Shown: positions 26,427 through 32,000 of the stretch, one piece after another | How the letters are laid out: each line of letters starts with the position of its first letter | Position numbering within the stretch: the first letter of the stretch is position 1 | Assembly (NCBI RefSeq): GCF_003010495.1 | Contig: NZ_CP027570.1 | Span: 1,260,001 to 1,292,000 of the forward strand | DNA: 32,000 bases | Reading direction: 5' to 3' | Origin: Megasphaera elsdenii DSM 20460 | GTDB taxonomy: Bacteria > Bacillota > Negativicutes > Veillonellales > Megasphaeraceae | Notes under the pieces: model-generated | Seen by the model: only the letters and a program-made list of their open reading frames with translations | The model's database searches: none | What the model was told of the DNA's origin: nothing | Translations under genes and position numbers: made by a program

Positions 26427-27782
26427 ATGGCTAGATTGTTTGGAACTGATGGAGTACGAGGTATTGCCAATGATTCGTTGACACCGGAATTGGCATATCA
26501 TTTGGGCAGAGCAGCTGCCTACATTTTTGGGCAGAACAAAGAACACCCGACCTTTCTCATCGGCCGGGATACCCGCCGTTCCGGCACCATGCTGGCAGAT
26601 ATCCTGGCCGCCGGTATCGCTTCAGCCGGTGGGGACTGCTACATGGTAGGCGTCATTCCGACTCCGGCCATTGCCTACCTGACGCGGACCCATCATATGG
26701 ACGCAGGCGTCATGATTTCGGCCTCGCATAATCCTTTTGAATACAACGGCATCAAGTTCTTCGATGGCTTTGGCTATAAATTGCCGGACGAAACGGAAGA
26801 TAAAATCGAAGAATGTATGCTCAAAGATGAACGGGCAGCTCTCCAGAGCCGTCCGACCGGGGCTGCTATCGGCACGATTTCGACGTGGACTGATTTACAG
26901 CAGGAATATGCTGATTTCATCTGCAAATCGACAGATATCGACTTGTCGGGCTTGAAAGTCGTCCATGACGGGGCCAATGGCTCGGCGTCAGTATTGGGAC
27001 CGGAAATCCTCAAGCGCCTCGGTGCAGAAGTCATTGCTATCCATCATGAACCGAATGGCGTCAACATCAATGAAAAATGCGGGTCCACCCATTTGGAAAG
27101 CTTGAAGGAAACGGTTCTCAAATACGGGGCTGATGTCGGCATTGCCAATGACGGTGACGCTGACCGCTGCCTGGCTGTCGACGAAAAGGGCCAGGAAATG
27201 GATGGCGACCAGATCATGCTCCTCTGCGCCATGAAACTGAAAGCCGAAGGCCGGCTCAAACAGGATACCGTCGTCGGTACGGTCATGAGCAATATCGGTT
27301 TCCATAAAGCGTTGAAAGAAATGGGCTGCAAGACGGAAATCACGGCTGTCGGCGACCGCTATGTCCTGGAAAAGATGCGTAAAGACGGCTATTCCCTGGG
27401 TGGCGAACAGTCGGGCCATATCATCTTCCTCGACTACAATACGACCGGTGACGGCCTGCTCACGGCGGTCCAGCTGCTGAGCATCATGAAACAGCAGAAT
27501 AAGCCGCTGTCGGAATTGGCCGGGCTCATGACACGCTACCCGCAGATTTTGAAAAATGTTCGCGTTCAGACGAAATCCGGCTGGGAAGACAATAACCTCA
27601 TCATGGCGGCCATTTCGGCTGGCGAAGAAGAATTGGGCGATGAAGGCCGCATCCTCGTCCGTCCGTCCGGGACAGAACCCCTCATCCGTGTCATGGCGGA
27701 AGGACCGGACCTGGACCAGCTCGAACGCATCGTCGATGACATCGCCGTCGTCGTCGAACACGAAATGGGGCCTTCCAAATAG
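26427..27782 (+). CDS. glmM: Phosphoglucosamine mutase
   Basis: MARLFGTDGVRG, phosphoserine loop SASHNP, metal loop NDGDADRC, GGEQSGH. Confidence 0.95.
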   Translation: MARLFGTDGVRGIANDSLTPELAYHLGRAAAYIFGQNKEHPTFLIGRDTRRSGTMLADILAAGIASAGGDCYMVGVIPTPAIAYLTRTHHMDAGVMISASHNPFEYNGIKFFDGFGYKLPDETEDKIEECMLKDERAALQSRPTGAAIGTISTWTDLQQEYADFICKSTDIDLSGLKVVHDGANGSASVLGPEILKRLGAEVIAIHHEPNGVNINEKCGSTHLESLKETVLKYGADVGIANDGDADRCLAVDEKGQEMDGDQIMLLCAMKLKAEGRLKQDTVVGTVMSNIGFHKALKEMGCKTEITAVGDRYVLEKMRKDGYSLGGEQSGHIIFLDYNTTGDGLLTAVQLLSIMKQQNKPLSELAGLMTRYPQILKNVRVQTKSGWEDNNLIMAAISAGEEELGDEGRILVRPSGTEPLIRVMAEGPDLDQLERIVDDIAVVVEHEMGPSK

Positions 27783-27817
27783 GTATTGACAAAACCTTGC
27801 AAATATATTAAAGTGTG

Positions 27818-27855
27818 GGAATGGAGTTCAGCGAACTTCATTCCTGCTTTTTTTT
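27818..27855 (+). terminator. Intrinsic terminator after glmM
   Basis: GGAATGGAGTT-cagcg-AACTTCATTCC, then tgc and T8. Confidence 0.7.
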
Positions 27856-27888
27856 GCAGGCGTCTGGAAATCCTTGACGATATAATGG

Positions 27889-28030
27889 ATAGCGCTAGTG
27901 CCTGGTCCGCCAGGCAGACGAGGTAGAGAAGTATCGAACAGTCAGCGGATGTCTCTCGGCAGCTTCAGCCGTTATATGACGGAAAAACACGGCGGTAACG
28001 TCGTCGACAAGTTCGTCATGGGAAGGAACA
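27889..28030 (+). promoter_or_regulatory. glmS ribozyme (GlcN6P-dependent self-cleaving leader)
   Basis: A|GCGCTAGTGCCTGGTCCGCCAGGCAGACGAGGTAGAGAAGTATCGAACAGTCAGCGGATGTCTCTCGG matches the conserved glmS core (AGCGCC..., GACGAGG, AUCGAA, GCGGAUG). The predicted cleavage site is between 27891 and 27892. Confidence 0.9.
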
Positions 28031-28054
28031 TTTTCATATCAGGAGGATATAACT

Positions 28055-29884
28055 ATGTGTGGTATTGTAGGTTACATCGGAGACAGAGAAGCAGCAGATT
28101 TTTTGATGGATGGTCTGGCAAAGCTGGAATACCGCGGTTATGATTCGGCCGGTATCGCCGTCTATCATGACGGCGCCATTGCTGTCCGCAAAAAGGCAGG
28201 CCGTCTGGTCAACCTGGCTGAAGCCGTAAAGGCTCATCCTGTCGTCGGCACGGTCGGCATCGGCCATACCCGTTGGGCAACTCATGGCGGTCCGTCGGAT
28301 GTCAACGCCCATCCCCATACGGATGAAAAAGGCGATTTCGCCATCGTCCACAACGGCATCATCGAAAACTACATGGAATTGAAGGAAGAACTCCTCAAGA
28401 AAGGGTATCACTTCAAGTCGGAAACGGATACGGAAGTCGTCGCCCACTTGTGCGCCGACATGTACGACGGGGATTTCACCAGCACGGTCCGCAAAGTCCT
28501 GAGCCGTCTGCGCGGTTCTTATTCGTTGGTCTTCATGTGCAAATTTGAACCGGATAAGATCATTTGCAGCAAGAAGGATAATCCTCTCATCGTCGGTCTC
28601 GGCCAGGGCGAAAACTACATCGCCTCGGATATCCCGGCCATCCTTAGCTATACCCGCAAGACGTATATCATGAATGATGGAGAAATCGCCATCGTCATGA
28701 AAGATAATGTCTGGGTCACGGACCTCGAAGGCAAACCCATTTCCAAGAAAGTCTTTGAAGTCAACTGGGATGCCGAAGCGGCTGAAAAAGGCGGCTTCGA
28801 ACACTTCATGCTCAAGGAAATCTATGAACAGCCGAAGGCCATCAAAGATACCATGAGCTGCCGCATCACGAAAGACGGCAAACATGTCCACTTCGAAGAA
28901 CTGAACTGGACGCCGGAAGATGTCAACTCTATCGGCAAGATCCTGATCACGGCTTGCGGTACGGCCTACCATGCCGGGCTCCTGGCCAAGTACTTCATTG
29001 AAAAACTGGCCCGCATCCCTGTCGAAGTCGATATCGCTTCGGAATACCGTTATCGCGATCCTTTGACGGACAGCAAGACCCTTTGCATCGTCGTCAGCCA
29101 GTCTGGTGAAACCATCGACACCTTGGCAGCCCTGAAGGAAGCCAAACGCCGTGGCGCCCGTTCCCTGGCCATTACCAACGTCGTCGGCTCGTCCATTTCC
29201 CGTGAAGCCGACCAGGTCGCTTATACCTGGGCTGGCCCGGAAATCGCCGTCGCTTCGACCAAAGCCTATACGACACAGCTGGTCACGCTCCTGCTCCTGT
29301 CTCTGTACATGGGCCGCTTGAACGGGAATTTGTCGGTTGAACGGGAAGAAAAGATTTTAGCCGATTTGACGAAACTGCCGGATCAGTGCCAGGGTGTTTT
29401 CGACCAGGTCGATACGATCAAAGGCCTCTGCGATGCCTTCAAGAATAAAGAAGACGTCTTCTTCATCGGCCGTTCCATGGACTACGGCCTGGCTATGGAA
29501 GGGGCCTTGAAACTGAAGGAAATCTCCTATATTCATGCAGAATCCTATGCCGGCGGTGAATTGAAACACGGCACCTTGTCGCTGATCGAAGCCGGTGTCC
29601 CGGTCATCGCTTTGGCTACGCAGGTAGAAGTCGAAGAAAAGATGATCAGCAACATCAAGGAAGTCAAAGCCCGTGATGCCTATGTCGTCGGCGTCGTCCA
29701 GGAAGGCGATACGGAAGTCGGCAAGACTGTCGATGCCTTGATCAAGGTCCCGGCATCGGACGATTTCGTCATTCCCATCCTGGCCATCATCCCCTTGCAG
29801 CTGCTGGCCTACTACATCGCCGTCAGCCGCGGCAACGACGTAGATAAACCGCGTAACCTGGCCAAAAGCGTTACCGTAGAATAA
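28055..29884 (+). CDS. glmS: Glutamine--fructose-6-phosphate aminotransferase
   Basis: Ntn start MCGIVGY, two SIS domains, C-terminal KPRNLAKSVTVE. AGGAGG at 28041-28046. Confidence 0.97.
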   Translation: MCGIVGYIGDREAADFLMDGLAKLEYRGYDSAGIAVYHDGAIAVRKKAGRLVNLAEAVKAHPVVGTVGIGHTRWATHGGPSDVNAHPHTDEKGDFAIVHNGIIENYMELKEELLKKGYHFKSETDTEVVAHLCADMYDGDFTSTVRKVLSRLRGSYSLVFMCKFEPDKIICSKKDNPLIVGLGQGENYIASDIPAILSYTRKTYIMNDGEIAIVMKDNVWVTDLEGKPISKKVFEVNWDAEAAEKGGFEHFMLKEIYEQPKAIKDTMSCRITKDGKHVHFEELNWTPEDVNSIGKILITACGTAYHAGLLAKYFIEKLARIPVEVDIASEYRYRDPLTDSKTLCIVVSQSGETIDTLAALKEAKRRGARSLAITNVVGSSISREADQVAYTWAGPEIAVASTKAYTTQLVTLLLLSLYMGRLNGNLSVEREEKILADLTKLPDQCQGVFDQVDTIKGLCDAFKNKEDVFFIGRSMDYGLAMEGALKLKEISYIHAESYAGGELKHGTLSLIEAGVPVIALATQVEVEEKMISNIKEVKARDAYVVGVVQEGDTEVGKTVDALIKVPASDDFVIPILAIIPLQLLAYYIAVSRGNDVDKPRNLAKSVTVE

Positions 29885-29891
29885 TCGTTAG

Positions 29892-29977
29892 TTTGAGGTT
29901 TGATGTATGATGTTTGAGGTGATGGCCTTTAAATTTTGTCCCATCCACATCAAACATCAAACTTTCAACTTCAAACT
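29892..29977. repeat. Module C copy 2: TTTGAKG heptads, 45-nt core, CAAAC-type heptads (imperfect long hairpin)
   Basis: tttgagg tttgatg tatgatg tttgagg tgatggc, a loop, then ccatccacatcaaacatcaaactttcaacttcaaact. The core 29911-29955 is 42/45 identical to 3931-3975. Confidence 0.8.
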
Positions 29978-30014
29978 AAAAAAGCGCTGTCTTCATGCGA
30001 CAGCGCTTTTTTTT
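29978..30014 (+). terminator. Intrinsic terminator after glmS
   Basis: aaaaaAGCGCTGTC-ttcatgc-GACAGCGCT followed by T8. Confidence 0.8.
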
Positions 30015-30148
30015 GTCCCCTTTATTCTCCGTTCGGCAGGGGAATCGTCCCTTTCGTCCGGGAAAAGGCGCGGCCTTCTTCTTTTTGCCGTATACTATAC
30101 TCAACGAAATGACAGTGATGATTGCAGATAGATGTGAGGTGTTGTCTT

Positions 30149-32000
30149 ATGTCACGCTTTATCAATAACCTGAAACGCCGCGTTGCCAAAGAGCAGAAGA
30201 AGATTGTCCTGCCGGAATCGGAAAGCCGCCGCGTCCTGCAGGCTGCCGAACGGGTCCAGGCCGAAGGTTTCGCCCGGCCTATCCTCATCGGCCGGCCCCA
30301 GAGTATCGTCGAAGTAGCGTCAGAATATCAAATCGATATGGATGGTATCGAAATCATCGATCCCGAAACATATCCCATGATGGATAAATTCTGTGAATAT
30401 TATGCTAAGCGGCGGGCCAAGAAGGGCATGACTCTTGAAGAAGCACGGAAAGTCTTGTCGGAAAATTATATTTTCTTTGCTGCCTGTCTCGTCGCCTTCG
30501 ATATTGCCGACGGCATGGTCGCCGGGGCTGTCGCTACATCGTCGGAAGTCATCCGGGCGGCCCTGCAGGTCATCGGGCCCCACCCCGGCTTGTCGACGGT
30601 CAGCAGTTCCTTTATCATGATTACGGATAAACCGCAATTCGGCGATGATGGCATCTTCGTCGTCGGGGACTGCAGTGTCGTCATCGAACCGACGCCGCAG
30701 CAGTTGGCCGATATCGCCGTCAGCTGTGTCGAACGGGCCCGCCGGACGGCGCAGATGCTCGATCCGAAAGTAGCCCTCTTGTCGTATTCGACCATGGGAA
30801 GCGGTGCCGGCGAAGAAGTCGACCGCGTCCGCGAGGCCGTCCGCCTGCTGCGGGACCGCAACGTTGATTTCGAATTTGATGGGGAAATGCAGGCCGACGC
30901 TGCCCTGGTGCCTCGTATTGCCCGGCAGAAAGCACCGGGATCGACGGTAGCCGGGCAGGCCAATGTCCTCGTTTTCCCGAATCTCGTTTCCGGCAATATC
31001 TGCTATAAAGTCTTGGAACATCTGGCCGGAGCGACGGCGCTGGGCCCGCTCCTCCAGGGCCTGGCCAAGCCGGTCATGGATTTATCCCGGGGCTGTACGC
31101 CTGAAGATATTACCGACGTCATCGCCATTTGCTGCAGCGATGCCATCTATATGCAGGCCGAAAAGAAACGCGATATCGCCTTTACCAGCCGCTTTGAAAA
31201 GCTCGACCGCCGAGTCGCCGTCGAAAACCGCAATATTTCCATCCAGTTCGATCCGGAAAAGTGCAAGAACTGTACCCTTTGCCGTCGGCGCTGTGCCGAT
31301 GTCATGTCCATGACGGGCTATTATTCTCTGGAAAGTACGGGTGACGTGCCGATTTGCGTCCACTGCGGCCAATGTTCCCTGACGTGCATGTTCGGTGCGA
31401 CGACGACTGTATCCCAGCGCGATGCCATCCAAAAGGCCATCGATGACCCGAAGAAAATCGTCATCTTCCAGACGGCACCGGCTGTCCGCGTCGCTCTTGG
31501 CGATGAATTTGGCCTGCCCTTCGGCTCCGTCGTCCAGGGCAAGATGATTGCCGCTCTGCGGGCTCTCGGCGGGGATTACGTCTTCGATACGAACTTCGGC
31601 GCTGACCTGACCATCATGGAAGAAGCATCGGAACTCCTGTACCGCATGCACAATAAGAAAGAACTCCTGCCGCAGTTCACCAGCTGCTGCCCGTCGTGGG
31701 TTGAATTTACGGAAATCTTTTTCCCTGAACTGATTCCTCACTTGTCGACGGCCAAGAGCCCGATCAGCATGCTCAGTCCTATGATCAAGACCTATTTTGC
31801 CAAACGCATGAAGATCGATCCGGCCGACATCGTGACGGTCTGCGTCACGCCGTGTACGTCGAAGAAAGCCGAAATTGCCCGGCCGGAACGGAATGCTGCC
31901 GGCCGCTATTGGAAGAAGCCGGAAATCCGCGATACGGACTACTGCATTACGACTCGTGAATTGGCGAAATGGATCAAAGACGCCCAAATCGACTTCAACA
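30149..32000 (+). CDS. Phosphate acetyltransferase fused in frame to a 2x[4Fe-4S] + [FeFe]-hydrogenase H-domain module; 3' end outside window
   Basis: GAGG (30136-30139) precedes ATG 30149. I translated every codon to base 32000 and found no stop. Pta motifs ADGMVAGAV, LLSYSTMGSG, FDGEMQADAALVP, GLAKPVMDLSRGC are followed by CKNCTLCRRRC, CVHCGQCSLTC, FTSCCPSW and TPCTSKKAE. Confidence 0.8.
   Translation, partial: MSRFINNLKRRVAKEQKKIVLPESESRRVLQAAERVQAEGFARPILIGRPQSIVEVASEYQIDMDGIEIIDPETYPMMDKFCEYYAKRRAKKGMTLEEARKVLSENYIFFAACLVAFDIADGMVAGAVATSSEVIRAALQVIGPHPGLSTVSSSFIMITDKPQFGDDGIFVVGDCSVVIEPTPQQLADIAVSCVERARRTAQMLDPKVALLSYSTMGSGAGEEVDRVREAVRLLRDRNVDFEFDGEMQADAALVPRIARQKAPGSTVAGQANVLVFPNLVSGNICYKVLEHLAGATALGPLLQGLAKPVMDLSRGCTPEDITDVIAICCSDAIYMQAEKKRDIAFTSRFEKLDRRVAVENRNISIQFDPEKCKNCTLCRRRCADVMSMTGYYSLESTGDVPICVHCGQCSLTCMFGATTTVSQRDAIQKAIDDPKKIVIFQTAPAVRVALGDEFGLPFGSVVQGKMIAALRALGGDYVFDTNFGADLTIMEEASELLYRMHNKKELLPQFTSCCPSWVEFTEIFFPELIPHLSTAKSPISMLSPMIKTYFAKRMKIDPADIVTVCVTPCTSKKAEIARPERNAAGRYWKKPEIRDTDYCITTRELAKWIKDAQIDFN

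Noticed and set aside
27786-27814. TTGACA-17 nt-TAAAGT promoter-like sequence after the glmM stop, and TATAAT at 27881-27886 just before the glmS ribozyme
   Set aside because: The first would start transcription inside the glmM terminator hairpin. The second has no acceptable -35 and would place the TSS at or after the ribozyme cleavage site (27891/27892). The glmS promoter therefore remains undefined, and read-through from glmM is possible.
30320-31987. Minus-strand ORFs 30320-31021 (233 aa) and 31082-31987 (301 aa), the only large ORFs the track lists in this region
   Set aside because: The plus strand carries a continuous Pta-hydrogenase frame with many family motifs. The minus-strand ORFs are its shadows.

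Overview
This is a chromosomal, mostly housekeeping window from a mid-50s %GC Firmicute. The T-box leader, glmS ribozyme, cdaA-cdaR-glmM-glmS cluster and CggR-type glycolytic cluster support that. My impression is Negativicutes/Megasphaera-like, but I cannot verify it here. Gene order left to right: (1) an ABC ATPase (5' partial) and a GDSL hydrolase (+). (2) An MFS transporter behind an Ile-type T-box leader (-). (3) tmRNA (-). (4) A YdcF/DUF218 protein (+). (5) gap, a terminator, then gpmI-cggR-pgk-tpiA (+). (6) An XpaC-like/TM2 membrane protein (+). (7) An AT-rich single-gene insert encoding an AAA ATPase-wHTH-DUF234 protein (-), preceded by a mini-ORF and a perfect 28-bp palindrome. (8) A mannitol-family PTS locus (mtlR, mtlA EIICB, EIIA, SorE-like Zn dehydrogenase; -), interrupted by an orphan LytTR regulator with a degenerate receiver (+). 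(9) DUF47/PhoU-like plus Pit (+). (10) An Rrf2 regulator (+). (11) cdaA-cdaR-FAD protein-glmM-glmS ribozyme-glmS (+). (12) Running off the right edge and absent from the ORF track, one uninterrupted frame that fuses phosphate acetyltransferase to a [FeFe]-hydrogenase module. The most unusual non-coding signal is that gene ends carry 7-nt-periodic tandem arrays and recycled hairpin modules. I saw no CRISPR array, rRNA, tRNA or transposase gene.
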